64,000 nucleotides of DNA from Octopus vulgaris (GCA_951406725.2 OX597820.1:125426001-125490000); one strand, 5' to 3'; positions 28,904 to 43,581 are shown, numbered from the stretch's first letter. Translations and numbers: made by a program. Notes: generated by a model from the letters alone, not told the origin.

Positions 28904-30355
28904 AGGACAAAAGGTTGCAACTTTATAGAAGCAATATATGATTAATTGCAGTTTTTGTGGTGTATACTAAATTTATGCATCGTTATTTAAAATATATCTT
29001 TGTGTTTATCCTATAGGGAAGAATTAATAACTTTTACAACTTCACAGCACCAACTCCCTTTCCTCGGTAAAGAGTTGAATTCAATCAGTATCGATATTGG
29101 TGCTTTTGCCACTCTTATAAATGCCGGAATTGGAGTAATTGATAGATCATATTTCTATGCAAAAACACGAAGATGATATACGCTATCGTTAATACAATGA
29201 ATTATTAATACATCAGTATATTCATATACTCTTGTATACGTGTGCTTCTGTGTATGTGTGTTTTGCGTGTAAATGTATAACTGTTTTATGATACGGCAGG
29301 AATGACTGTATCAATATACACACTACAATATATATAAAGGACTGTATATATAGAACATATATAAAATATTGTGCTGAGCTTCTCTTTACTGGTTCTGATC
29401 TTCCACTGTAGTTATGTGGGACATTGCCTTATTCATACACTGTATATATTTCATATTTTTGTATGTATAATTTATATCGAATAAGTAAGTTACCATATAT
29501 GCCTCAATACAGAAACATGCTCACACGTATATAGGCATATATACATATATATATATTCACACACCTATATATGACTACATACATACATGTGCGTACACGC
29601 ACAAATATGGTCAATAATAAAAACAAATGGACACTCATATCATACAATATAATATACGGCCCATGTCATTTGTGCCTTCTTTTAAATAACGAAAACTTAG
29701 TAAACAAGCATGGTGAGAAAATCTCTAGGCGTTATCACCACGTCAAATTTGCATTTTCCAGATAAAACACTATAGAATAATAATAATTCAATGAAATCTC
29801 TCCCTCTTCTCTCCCTCCTAACCATGTGTGTGTACGTGTATGCGTGTGTATGTGTGTGTACGCATGTGTGTGTGTATATGGATGTATATATGAACGACAC
29901 TATATATGTACGTATGGAGCGATCTTTAAATGTCAGCTAAGTACATGTGTAACCAACCATAAAGAATAAATCAACAGTACAAAGAAATAAATGCCAACCC
30001 CTTTAAAACGGCAACCACATTAACAATCGCCATCCCACTACATCTACACTGTCAAGCAGTTTTCCAGCAACAACACACCTTGACAATAGGAGTGGCAACT
30101 AATATATCCAGACCGCGACACAGAGGGGAGATGCTCTTCAAGCCGACAATTTGAACTTATGGAAGCAATATCGCCTAAGGATATACTACTAGATATCACA
30201 TGCTCACACACTCACACACTCACACACTCACACACTCACACACACATCTATATTTGTAAATGGTTTCAATCGTTGGCACAAGGCCAGCAATTTCATAAAG
30301 ATGGAGAAAATGTTGCTTATATATATATATATATATAAAACACATACACACACGA

Positions 30356-30402
<47 letters not shown>

Positions 30403-30404
30403 TA

Positions 30405-30788
30405 TACTCTTTTGCTCTTTTACTTGTTTCAGTCATTTGACTGCGGCCATGCTGGAGCACGGCCTTTAGTCGAGCAAATCGACCCCGGGACTTATTCTTT
30501 GTAAGCCCAGTACTTATTCTATCGGTCTCTTATACCGAACCGCTATGTGACGGGGACGTAAACACACCAGCATCGGTTGTCAAGCAATGCTAGGAGGACA
30601 AACACACACACATATACATATATATATGTACATATATACGACATGCTTCTTTCAGTTTCCGTCTACCACAAGGCATTAGTCGGCCCGGGGCTATAGCAGA
30701 AGACACTTGCCCAAGATGCCACGCAGTATGACTGAACCCGGAACCACGTGGCTGGTTAGCAAGCTACTTACCACACAGCCACTCCTGC
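30405..30788 (-). mobile_element. tRNA-derived SINE family A
   Basis: Very similar to 14572-15004. Confidence 0.9.
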
Positions 30789-30846
30789 AGCTGACTTGGC
30801 AGATAAACATACAAACGTGTGTTTGTATTTATATATATATGTGTGT

Positions 30847-30906
<60 letters not shown>

Positions 30907-31056
30907 ACAAAGGAGCCTTCTGTCCTATACATTTCTGTCAAATTCCACTTATATTTTGTTACTCAAACAATTCTTACTGCAGAGGTAGAATATGAGGAAA
31001 TTTCAAACATAAAATGAGAAGCGCACTTTCTTTTTCGCTGTGGATATACTTTGAGT

Positions 31057-31094
<38 letters not shown>

Positions 31095-32140
31095 CATCAT
31101 CATTTAACGTCCGCTTTCCATGCTAGCATGGGTTGGACGGTTCAACTGGGGTCTGGGGAGCCCGAAAGCTGCACCAGTCCAGTCAGATCTGGCAGTGTTT
31201 CTACAGCTGGATGCCCTTCCTAACGCCAACCACTCCGAGAGTGTAGTGAGTGATTTTATGTGCCACCGACACAGGTGCCAGACGAGGCTGGCAAACGGCC
31301 ACGCTCGGATGGTGTTTTTTATGTGCCACCGACACAGGTGCCAGACGAGGCTGGCAGACGGCCACGCTCGGATGGTGTTTTTATGTGCCACCGACACAGG
31401 TGCCATATGAGGCTGGCAAACGGCCACGATCGGATGGTGCTTGTTACGTGCCCACAGCACGGAGGCCAGTCGATGCGGTACTGGCTACGGCCACGTTCGG
31501 ATGGTTTTCTTGTGTGCCACGTGCCACCAGCACTGGTACCACAAAGATACAAATTCCATTGATGTTCATCTATTTTGATTTGTTTTGATTTTCACTTGCC
31601 TCAACAGGTCAAAGATACAAATTCCATTGATGTTCATCTATTTTGATTTGTTTTGATTTGATTTTCACTTGCCTCAACAGGTCTTCACAAGTGTCACAAG
31701 AAGGAAGGAAGGTATGTACAGGTGGACTGACTACGTCCCAGGTATGGCCCACGGGTTATGACCTGACTAGTCTTGCCGGGTCTTCGGATGGTGTTTTTAT
31801 GTGCCACCATGTTCCCACAGCACGGAGGCGAGTCGATGCGGTACTGGCTACGGCCACGTTTGGATGGTTTTCATGTGTGCCACAGGCACTGGTACCACAA
31901 AGATACAAATTCCATTGATGTTCATCTATTTTGATTGATTTTCACTTGCCTCAGCAGGTCTTCACAAGTGTCACAAGAAGGAAGGTATGCACAGGTGGAT
32001 CGACCACGTCCCAGGTAGGGGCCACGGGATATGGCCTGACTAGTCCTGCCGGGTCCTCTCATGCACAGCACACTTCCATAGGACTCGGTCTTCAGTCATT
32101 TCCTTGGTGAGACCTAAAGTTCGAAGGTCGTGCTTCACCA
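31095..32140 (-). mobile_element. RTE-type LINE 3' end with tandemly amplified 3' UTR and (ATG)n tail
   Basis: Minus strand ends ORF with KHDLRTLGLTKEMTEDRVLWKCAVHERTR; 3' motif aggaagggcatccagctgtagaaac…catgctagcatggaaagcggacgttaaatgatgatg; three 62-63 bp units at 31255-31440 plus larger duplications. Confidence 0.75.
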
Positions 32141-32141
32141 C

Positions 32142-32173
<32 letters not shown>

Positions 32174-33100
32174 AATTATTGTATACAGTACTCAGGTGCA
32201 CCACGACTTGTCAGACAGTGCATATAAAGCACATGCAGTAACGTACAAATGTCTGGAAATTGAACAATGCGTGAGTCAGACACATGCTTGTGTGTGTATG
32301 GAGAGGAGAGAATCAGGTGTAGTGTTGGCGAATCTCAGAAAACATGGATGTTTTGAAGGATACAGTGCTCCGACAACTAACAACTGATGCCGGCAGTTTG
32401 TTCCATGCTTCAGCAACTCTCAGCGGGAAAAAAGATTCCTAAAGTCATGGAAGCTGTGCTGTTTTCTGACTTTGTAAATATGTCCACGGGTGTTAGATGG
32501 GTGGAGTTTGAAAAGGTGCTCAGAGTTATTGTTTGTGCGATGGTTGATAATTTATGGGTGTCTGCCAAGTCAGCTGCCAGTCGTCGGAGTTTCAATGTGT
32601 CCATGGCCTGGGAAGTAAGGCGCTCATAATATGGCAAATGCCTGATGGAGGGTATTCTTTTGGTTGCACGTCGCTAAACGGCTTCCAGACGATTGATATC
32701 CTGGGCAAGATAGGGGTTCCAGCCCGGTGATGCAAATTCCAGGTGAAGTCTTACCATAGCTGTATAAAGCCGCAGATAGATAGTCGGAGAGCGGCTCACA
32801 AAGGAATTGGTGAGTGATGCCAAGACACCCTCAGCCTTCTTGACAATTTTAGCGATGTGTTTTGTCCAACGCAAATCACTGTCGACAATAACACCCAGGT
32901 CACGTTCACATGGAGACTTTTTGAGACTAGTGTTGTGGAGGGAGTAGGTAGACGCTGGGTTTCTCCTCCCAAAATGCATGGTGGTACATTTGTCCACAGC
33001 CAGCTTGAGTTGCCAGTCCATGATCCACTGCTGCATTGTGTCCAGGTCTGCTTGCAATAGAGATCTATAGTGTACAGGATCTGACCTCTCTATTTCGAAC
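32142..33100 (-). mobile_element. 5'-truncated CR1-type LINE with (ATT)n tail
   Basis: DLDTMQQWIMDWQLKLAVDKC, RDLGVIVDSDL, LYTAMVRLHLEFASPGWNPY, RLEAV*RRATK, YYERL…LRRLAADL; tail at 32142-32171. Confidence 0.88.
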
Positions 33101-33374
33101 ACAGAGTTTGAGAAAACAGTTTACCATTATATTCTCTTAATTTTTAAGATGACAAAATAGTTATAAAATTATATATATCGACAATACATCGAGTGAAGAT
33201 GTTTAACCAATGCCTTATGATATAAACTGACTTTAATGGTCGAAGAATAAATTTATAAACAATCTCTAACGTTTTCAGCTATATATGAGTTAATGGTCAC
33301 CTATTGTATCATAGTTATTTGGAAAAGTAATCATGCTTTAACTTTCAAATAATCACTACCTATCTTTATGACGT

Positions 33375-33430
33375 CTCAGCCTCGGCTTGACCAGAGAGGA
33401 TTTAGTTGACGGAAACTGAAAGAAGCCTGT

Positions 33431-33475
<45 letters not shown>

Positions 33476-33740
33476 ATGCATGTGTGTGTGTATGTATGTA
33501 TATTATACATGTATGTATATATGTGTGTGTGCCTTTATATGTCTGTTTTCCACCACCACGACCGCTTAGAAACCAGTGTTGATGTATTTACATTTACGTA
33601 ACTTAGCGATTCAGTGAAAGAGCCCGGTGGTACAAGTATCAAGCTTCAAGAAATTAAGTCCTGAGGTCTAATTGTCTGACAAAAGCCTTCTCCAGGTTGG
33701 GGCCCCAGCATGGGAGTAGTCAAAGGACTAAAACAATTAA
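33375..33740 (+). mobile_element. Degenerate SINE family A
   Basis: ggaaactgaaagaagcctgtcg, microsatellite, ccgcttagaaaccagtgttg, ccccagcatgg. Confidence 0.65.
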
Positions 33741-33888
33741 AATGAAAAAAAAAGAGCAGGTTGTACGTTATGTTGATGAAATACTTCGGTAAAACTAAAT
33801 ATCAACAAATGAATTCAGCCATAAATTAGTAAAGCTTTCACTCTTCAGCGAAAGAGTTTTGTGTTTGGCATTATTTTCGATCATTGAG

Positions 33889-34104
33889 GGCGGTGAGTTG
33901 GCAGAATCGTTAGCCCACTGGACGAAATGATTATCGGTATTTTGCCTGTCGCTGCGTTCTGAATTCAAATTCCGCCGAGGTCGACTGCACCTTTTATCCT
34001 TTCGGCTCGATAAATTAAGTACCGATGCAGCACTGGAGTCTATATAATCGACTAAACCCCTTCCCCAAAATATAGGTCTTGTGCCTATAGTAGAAAAGAT
34101 TATT
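33889..34104 (+). mobile_element. tRNA-SINE family B, first of a tandem pair
   Basis: A box tggcagaatcg, B box attcaaatt, ends ttgtgcctatagtagaaaagattatt. Confidence 0.85.
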
Positions 34105-34117
34105 TCCAAGTATTGGA

Positions 34118-34337
34118 GGTGGCGAACTGGTAGAATAGTTAGCACGTTGGGCAAACTGTTTAGCAGCCTTTCGTCCGTTTTTATCTTCTGAGTTCAAATT
34201 CCACCGAGGTAATAAACTTTGTTATTCATCTTTTCGGGGTCGATGAAATAAGTAACAGTTACGCACTGGGGTCAATATAATCGACTAGGCTCCTCCCCGC
34301 AATTTCAGACCTTGTGCTTATAGTAAAAAGGATTATT
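34118..34337 (+). mobile_element. tRNA-SINE family B, second of a tandem pair
   Basis: Colinear with 33889-34104; B box gagttcaaattcc; ends ttgtgcttatagtaaaaaggattatt. Confidence 0.85.
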
Positions 34338-34599
34338 TTTAAGTTTTGGATTGTATTATTTTTCCTTATAATTATCCTTATATATGAGCGTTGACAGATT
34401 GACCCCAAATGTGCATTGAAGTCGAATCCATTCAACAAGTTATTTTGCATTCAGTTAATTATTCCATGCAAAATATATTCAGCAATCTGTCATCTAAAAC
34501 ATTCAACATACATTATGAAGCATTTCTGCTTCGGCAAGCGCATTCTATTATAGTCCCGTTTGTGTGTGTGTGTGTATATATATATATATACACACACAC

Positions 34600-34634
<35 letters not shown>

Positions 34635-34657
34635 AATATAGGGCTTATAAAATAAAT

Positions 34658-34704
<47 letters not shown>

Positions 34705-37205
34705 GTATAATTTCTCTATACCCCACCCCTCAACGCTGAAAGATTTTTTAAGTCACTACCATTTAACATGTAATAAATTATCTTCCTTTCAAATAATTTT
34801 GATTACATTTCAAACACATAATTTCTGTGGAATATTTACAATCGAATTAATTAATAGTAAAACGTGTTTTCTATGCTCGTTTTCAGAACTATTAACCATA
34901 AAAAAAACTGGTTGTAGCTACTCTTCAATGACGCCAACTATAAGAAGAGAATGTAATTTTGCCTTATAACAATTAACAGAACATCCTTAATTCAAACTAT
35001 GTTCAAAATTTTCCGAGCATTCCGGTATCTTAAATAAACTGCTGAGATTCTGTGACAAAGCGCTGCACTCCACTGGGACTAAGTCCATTGTTATTGTTTC
35101 AAAAAGAAAGACTGACAGAAAATCTAAAACTTTATTGTATATCCTTTCTCACTGGGCTCTGTAAATTAAAATAAATTCTCTCTACACAGAAGAATTATTA
35201 ATCCCAGAGGAACGGCTCATATATTACTTAAACAATTAACAAAAAATATTTCAGTAGTTAGACCTCTGTGGAGGGTTTAATATTTGCGAAGAGAAATATT
35301 GAATAAGTGAGAGCAAACAGAGGTCTCATATTTATCCAGCAATAAAGTTATTAATGTTTTCTCTCAAATAATAGTCTGATCATTATCAATAGTTTATGTA
35401 CCCAAGAGAAACAACATATTTTTTATATTGGAATAATATTTTCCCCGGCCTTTCTTCATAGTATTAATCAATTTTGCTGCTTGACTCCCGATAACAATTA
35501 AAATTTTTCTTTTTACAATATGAATGCCAAAAATTTCCAGTAATCTTACAATTTTTTTTTTTTATATATTGTAAGAAGAAACGTAGTTTCTTTTTATTAA
35601 AAGTGCACGTAATTGTAAAGAGAAGCAACTTTCATTTTTGAAATTAATATTTTAAGACGGCAAGTTCGATAAGTTTACACAAACACGAACGAATTTAAAT
35701 ATATTTCTCATATTTATTTGTCAAATAGAATAATATTAACATTGTCGTTTTTGATGGCCGCGTATCCTCACAAGATTTTATTTACATGCATTTAAAAATG
35801 TGTTTCCAGTTTCCTTCAGTTACGTGTACATTTGGTTCATATTTCCATTGTTTTGTTTTCCTTTCCTGCCTTTCATTGAATTTTTTAAAAATTTCAGAAA
35901 CATATTTACGTATTTTCCTATAGAAAGAATAAGAAATATCTGAATAGTATTTACATATAATACTGAGTTTCTGGAGATGTTACTGTATAAATATTTGAAT
36001 GTTTTTTTTAATACTGAGAATTAAATAATCCTGCTGGGCATGCTTAGAGAGAAGCTTTATACAGAATAAAATTAATGTAGACACATTTAAGGCCGTCGTC
36101 CAGATCGTAAAACTTATGAAGGCCTGAAAGAATGTTAAATTATAACAGCTGTCACTCAATTTTATATAAAAGCACTTAATTAATCGGAGGATATTCGAAA
36201 ACATTTAAGCCAATTTAAATTACTAATTGAATTTTTTAATTCAAAATAAATTACTATCATAATTTTCTACAAATATCATATAAAATAAAGTGGTTTATAT
36301 TTGACATCCTAATTCGTGGATGCGCCCAAAATATTCCTCCAGTGATTAGTAGACACATTTAAATACAAATCACGGCAGCACAATTATTAAACACTTTATG
36401 TAAAAGTGGATCAATATAATTTGCTTACCTTTTAGGTAAACCAATTATATTGATCTACTTAAACAGTATTTAAATATTTCCATTGAGAATAAATGTGAGG
36501 ATCGATAAGTCGCCGCATAAAATTCTTATAATTAACCAGCTGTATTTTATTCAAATCCAGACGGATTCAACATTAGCGTTCATGCGTGGAATATCGATTA
36601 ACAAATAGCTCATAGATTCTGTTGTTCATGTAATCAAAGGAGTATTTACGAGGAACTTATTACTTTTCATTCGTTACCAATTTGTATTTCATCCTTATTC
36701 ATATCTTTGTTTCTTCATATGTTTGTTAATTTGCACCTTCGCGTTACATGACAGTACTTCTACAGCTACAAATTCAGAGTCAGTGTCCCTTTTCTCTTCC
36801 AACTGACACAAGTTATATCTCTATATATTTTATGTTACAGTCATGTAACCAAGCAAGTGTGCATGAATGCGTGTAATCTTTCAAGAGGTTACGAAACGGG
36901 TAATTGAACTGCTTGTACTATCAGTCTTCTCCTTCTGTCTCTCTCCCACACACACACACATACACACATACATTCTCACTTTCCCTCCCTCCTCTCTCCC
37001 ACTCTCTTTCTATCTCTCGCTTTCTCTCTCTATCTCTATCTCTATCCCTCTTCAGTTCGGTCTCTCAACCACATTCACGCAAGACTAAGAAGGACGTGGA
37101 AAACATGAGATTAATTCCCTTTTGATATTACTGAAACTTATCGTTCTGTTAAAGAAGCCTGCGTATGATTTAAATACAACTAAATCCATTCTTTTTTGTT
37201 TTCAG

Positions 37206-37376
37206 ATAATAGAACTTAAAAGAGACCCTAAAGGAGATGAACGTGCAAGAATGAGAGCAACTTTTAAAAAACCTTCATCCAAACAAATTAGTATTGAGCC
37301 ACCAAATACAGAATTGCACCAAAAGCTGACTTTAGTGAGTGATGAAAACATGAGATACAAACAAATACTGGAACAG
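37206..37376 (+). CDS. GABBR2: Internal coding exon of a GABA-B receptor subunit 2-like class C GPCR (segment after TM7, start of coiled coil)
   Basis: Pyrimidine-rich acceptor ttcttttttgttttcag, donor CAG|gtaggc, 171 nt, phase 0/0, open frame [57 protein letters not shown]. Resembles the invertebrate GABA-B-R2 segment following ...VFVPK (recalled as LVELKRNPQG..RVRATL). Recognised from memory, not searched. Confidence 0.85.
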
Positions 37377-37464
37377 GTAGGCAACAGGTATCACTTTACC
37401 TGATTTCCCTGCGTATCTTTGTGAACGGATTAGCAGATATCTACACATCAACATTTACATATGA

Positions 37465-37694
<230 letters not shown>

Positions 37695-37698
37695 TATC

Positions 37699-37734
<36 letters not shown>

Positions 37735-37746
37735 CTATCTATCTAG

Positions 37747-37799
<53 letters not shown>

Positions 37800-39079
37800 A
37801 TATAGCTAGCTAGCTATCTCTGAAGAGATGGGGAGAATGGTAAATATTGATATTTCTCCGATTACATGACATTTATAGGCTGCAATGCTGGTGAAATATC
37901 GAAATCTACTAATCTTGCCCACTTCGTAGTAGAATGTCTCGCTTAATGTAGGACACTAGGGCGGCGTGTAGGGCGCACTCTCAATGGAAATTGACGTTTA
38001 AACAAAACCCATATATTATGTATGACTAATAAAGTTCACATTACTAGTGCTGAATTTATTTCGTAATTTAATTTTCACTCACATGTACTACGACGCAGCA
38101 TATTAGCAAATAGATTTCACCGTTTTTGTATGTAAGTGTATTACCAGAGATTTAATTCGTTTCGAGGATTTCCAAGTGCATGGCATTGAAAAGCTGCAGT
38201 CGTGGCGAAATATCAGTATTTACTGTTCTCGATCACTCCGTGGAGTTGTCTCGCCCGTCTACGACACCCTGTATTTTATATTTTGTTAAGGTTATTTCTA
38301 CAGATATTCTATAGAACTTATAGCCAGCACTAATTTTTGTTATAACGCTTAGCATCGAGATGTCAGATGTAAAGAGACAATGTTATCGAAGACAAAATTG
38401 GATAATGAGTGTATCTACCATATTTCGAGAGCTGTTGCCCCTCTTCCGCAGTCATCTAACCCATTATTGCCTCTCAACTCATGATGTTTACACAATGTAA
38501 GAACACTACTGACGCAAAGGAACGTGGTACTGACTTATAAAACATTTAGTATACCTTATAGTGCATTGTTTGCATAACGAAGTACCACGTACCTACAAAT
38601 CTTTACAGTTCACATATAGGCTCCAGGAATACGTCTAATATGTTATTTAGTATATCCAATAAAGTAACACCGCTGTATTCGGTCGCTCTATAAGCAATGT
38701 GTTCGGAGGCAATAGTGGGTTAGACGAGTGCTGAAGACGGGGCAACAACACCCTTGAAGTATGGCATATACATTCATTACCCGCATTTGTCTTCGATTAC
38801 ATTGTCTGTTTACATCTGATATCTCCATACCAAATTTTGTAGCTAATATATATATATATACACAAACACTCACAAACACAAACACTTACACATATATGTA
38901 TACATACATAAATATATATATACGCACACAAATGTACACACACACAGATATGTATGCATATATATGTGCATACATATTTACGTACATATATATCTACAAA
39001 CATATATACATGCACACATGCATACATAAATGCATACATGCATGCATTCAAACATAAATACATATATACATATATGGAA

Positions 39080-41260
39080 AAGCACCTGGAAGAGACTTGA
39101 TTGTCGGATATTGGTACAAGAAGCTAACCTTCTACCGAAATATCTTATCAATCTGTACCCGCAATATTTCAATGGGAACAGTAGCATGCCACATTGTTTT
39201 GCTCTGGCAGGGACAAAATTGATCTCCAAATACAGAGCCACCCAGATGACAAAATCTACCGGTCAATTGAATGGCGACACTTAATATATAAGATATACAG
39301 TATGCTTAAACCTCTTCCTCCAAGCTCAATGAAACCAATTACATCATCAGAGCAGAACAAGCAGCTGGGAAGAAGTGGGTGTGGGGGATGTACCGAGCAG
39401 TTGTTGATAAAAGAAAACTGTTATTTCAGAGGTACCAAAACAAAGAAGAACCTAGTTTCAATGTGGCTAGACTACAAGAAAGCCTTTGACTCTGTTCCCC
39501 ATTCATGGATGCTAGAAGCCCTTCAACCTGCTAAAGTTCCAGTGAGAATTGACAAAGCCGTAACTGACTTTGCTTCATCGTGGGCCACCATCTTGAAATT
39601 AAACACAAAGAGTGACTGTATTATTACTGACAGAATACAGTAATGCACAGGCATATTCCAAGGGGGCAGCCTCTCTGTGATGCTCTTTATACTTTCCGTA
39701 AACCTCTCGTCATTCATATTATGGAAATCTGAAGGATATCTCACTGATTTACCAGCAAACTGAAATACCAAAACTACACACTTTTTCTTTGTGGATGACT
39801 AGAAACTTTATGCAAAGAATATGCCTGTGATGAAAATGAGCCTTATCCTAATTGAAACATGGTTAAAGGATGTAGGGTTGGAGTTTTGCCAGGATAAATG
39901 TTGTTGTATGGTTGTGAAAAGGGGGAAAACTATAGACCAGACTAGCTACATCTCCGTGAATGCTCTGACTGTTTCCTCTTTATCTGACGAGGAATATTAC
40001 AGGTATCTAGGAGTGGATGAAAACATATCTTGCAATGGCCCCTGTAACAAAACGCCTGTCAGTAAAGAATATTTCAACAGAATAAAGAAAGTTTGGGCCT
40101 CAGAACTCTCTGCATTCAATAAAACAGTGGCCCACAATGTGTTTGCAGTGCCAGTACTCATACCAACATTTGGGCTGCTTGATTGGACGCTTAATGAGAT
40201 CCGAGACATTGATGTGAAAACCTCCAAAATACTAGCAAGCACACATAATTTCCATATAAACAGTGACGTATACCGCCTCTATCTGAAACGAAAACAGAGT
40301 GGCAGAAGTTCAACATCGATCCAAAATGCCTTTGAATGTCGTATAAAATCCCTTCGGTAACATCTTTTGATCACCAAGTATCGAAGTCCTTCTCTTGACC
40401 AAGTTTGCATACATGAGGCTGATATCATAAAACTTGGAAGGCAGCTCCTTGAGCAACATTCTTAATCTGATGGCCTAGAATAGATGCCCAAAGAAGTCGA
40501 ACGGCTCTACTGCAACCTATCATAAGATGAAAGGATGAGCCTATATGAGCAGAGACTATGCATGGATATGTTAGTAGAAGACACCATGATGACAGAAACA
40601 TTGATCACGAAAGCAGTCTATCATGGACCAATAGCCGGATTACTACCTTCCACTTTGAAGGGTATGCGCTTGCAAACTAGGAACAGGAAATATAAACTAA
40701 GTGCCTGATGGATAAAACAGATAGAGATGCAGAAAATTTGGGATAGAGAAGAGAAACTGTGTAGTGTACAGTTATGGAAATTAGCTGCCAGCGGATGTTA
40801 AACATAAAGCTAAAAATCAGTGAAAAAGACAATACATGTGCTGAACTATTGAGAAATTTGCAATTATTCTATCCAGATCAAAAGTTCATGTCTATACTTG
40901 TAATTATTGTGGCCCTGTGATATGTAACACACTGAATAAATATCAATCTCAAGAAATTAGGCTTCTCAAAACCAGAAAGAAAGAATTCGAAGCCTACAGA
41001 TTCAATCAGTCACCGGAACTGTTAAAATCTTTTAAAATTTCCAGAAGTTTAGCATATATAGATATGCAGATACATGCATGAGATACATATATCAAGCAAA
41101 ACATACAAATCTGCACATATACTTGCACGCATGCATACATACATACATACAAAAATACCCTATTGTTGATTTTAAAATTCCAGTGCAGGTATCTTGGATC
41201 TAGGTTAGAAACCGGCGCTTTCTCTATTGGCAAGAAATCTTAAAATAAAACTGAACAATG
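39080..41260 (+). mobile_element. R4/Dong-type LINE, 5'-truncated and decayed, with 3' UTR
   Basis: GCGGCTEQLLI, MWLDYKKAFDSVPHSWMLEAL, GIFQGGSLS, FFVDD*KLYA, YRYLG, HNVFAVPVL, RLYLKRKQSGRS, SVTGTVKI; many stops. Confidence 0.88.
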
Positions 41261-42954
41261 ACATACATACATACAAGCAAACAGACAGACATACATGCAT
41301 ACATACGTGTGTATCATTAAATATATTTTACTTCTGGGTTAGACGATTTTGCATTACTGAACGTCCAAAATTTAGGTCCTATTTTTTCTCTCAATTTTTG
41401 CACCATGAAATCAAATAGATATTGTCAATTATTATATATGTTCTAATGTGTGTAATATATAACTATAAATGCTTAAATGTAACAATTTATTGCGGTTGAA
41501 TGTGAATTAGCTTTAGTAGGATAAGGACCCGAATAACCGATATCGAAATGTTGGATAGTGTTTTTTCTCCAATCTCCAGAATTCAATTAGAGATTAGTTA
41601 CGAAAGTGTTGTCAAAAAATATTTGTTTGGCATCAATACATATAGAGATTGCTTCAATATTTTTTTTTATATCTTATTTCTTTTAAACTTACTTCTTTAT
41701 GCACTGTAATAACGTTTTATATTGTATAAGCATTCATTTCAATTCCATTAAATACTTACCTATTCCTTTGATAAAATAATATTGTTCTAATAATGTTTTG
41801 TTTACTTTTCCTCGGTTTTATTCTGTTATTTTGATGCATTCTTCGTTTTTGTTCGTTTCCCTTATAACACACACAGTGCAGCCGAAAGAAAACCCGTATA
41901 GACCATGACATTTACTAGAACTAATCAGAAAACAATGCTCTTAAAGTGTCTTTAAAAAAACCTTGTTCTAGTTATAAAATAACTCGCGTATTTTGACATT
42001 TATAGCTTGATACCAACCATAACTTTTTAATCTTCCTGCACTATATTCGATGACGCTCAGACTATAATCCTCAAATATAAAGAATATAATCATCAAAAGT
42101 TTATTCAAAAAATAAAATCTCTATTGTTTACATCATGGCAAACATTACACAACCTTTATATTTTTCAAAGCACGTGAAGCTTTAGCAATGGAATAAAATA
42201 CATATGAGGATGGAAATGTTTAACGAAAAGCAGTTGTTTTGAATATATATTGAAAGTATTTACATATAATACGCCCATAACCTTTGGTTAAATTTATCAT
42301 TTATATACAATGTCTATGGATCTTTGTTGAGAAAGTGAAGTTTAACTATAACACGTTGAAATCGAATGTGGAATATCACATAAATTACTATTTTCAATAT
42401 GCCCATCGATTATTTCAAAGAATCACATTTATTTTCGAACTCAAAATACATGGTAGCGAAAGTCCATACCTTAAAATACTATTTTTCAGTGAATCAAATA
42501 CATTCGGGCACATAAAATTAAACTTGTAGCTTTCCTTATTCCCCTAATAATTACATGTTTTTCTTTGCAATGCTTATATCACTTTTTGAATGTGGTTGTA
42601 TTTACTATCTGACAAAATAGAAACAATTATCCATAGTATAATTGTGTTATGCGAAGGTTTGTTTAGCACTCATGTATTTTGTGTTTCATCCAATATCAGT
42701 TCTTTGGATAGGAAATCACAGTGCGCATTTTTGGGGCCCTTGCAAACTCTTAGGAAACTTGAGAACCTCGAACAAAAACACAATCGAGGAATTAAGTTTT
42801 TTTTCTCTATATCCGTTTATTTAGAAATATATCTTGTCAGAATTTCAAAGTAGACTACCGAACAGTGAGTAAACGATTGACATCTGGTTTACATCTGCTT
42901 GACATAAAATTATTGCAAATTTGGTTATCTCTCTTGTTTTCTTCTCCTTCTCTA

Positions 42955-43271
42955 CAACACGTAGCTATTATACGTAATACAAATATTGACAACACATTCG
43001 TCTCAAATAAGTAAAGGATAGGTTTAATATGACATTCTTACGTAAAATTTAAAAATAGTGGACGATAGCAAATGGCGTACATTTGAGTCTTGATCTATTC
43101 GTGGAACTTTAAAATATACAAAACAATAATAGTAACAACAATTCCATCATCGAACCAGTATTTCTCTCAGTAGAACTACGAAAGTTTTTCGTCATATCAC
43201 TTTCCCCTATCCTCCTCAATGTACACCTGAGCAACGTCTCTTTCCAACAACCGCATTTTTCAAATGCTCTG
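42955..43271. repeat. Left arm of a 317-bp inverted repeat, flanked by the 11-bp direct repeat cttctctacaa
   Basis: Reverse complement of 45649-45965 with 10 substitutions and no indels (manual count); direct repeat at 42947-42957 and 43272-43282. Confidence 0.95.
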
Positions 43272-43500
43272 CTTCTCTACAAACGTATCTGGTTTAAACG
43301 TTATCTACTCAAAAGACAACTACCAAACGGTTTCATTTTCAGTTTCATTAATGGGGGAATAAATTATTCTTTCGACAAGGCAACACCTTGCTGTATTTAG
43401 AAGATTTGTAGTTTTTTTATGATGAGCTTATCTTTACTATCGCAGCTGATCGACTGCTTTTCTTTTCTACTTTTTGAAGCATTACCACATGAATGTTGTG

Positions 43501-43581
<81 letters not shown>

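Noticed and set aside
31255-31440. Regularly spaced repeats superficially like a CRISPR array
   Set aside because: Units are contiguous tandem copies without unique spacers, inside a LINE 3' UTR in animal DNA.
35368-35410. SLSIVYVPK resembling the TM7 end …VFVPK
   Set aside because: Stop codon immediately upstream and no GT donor after the Lys codon.
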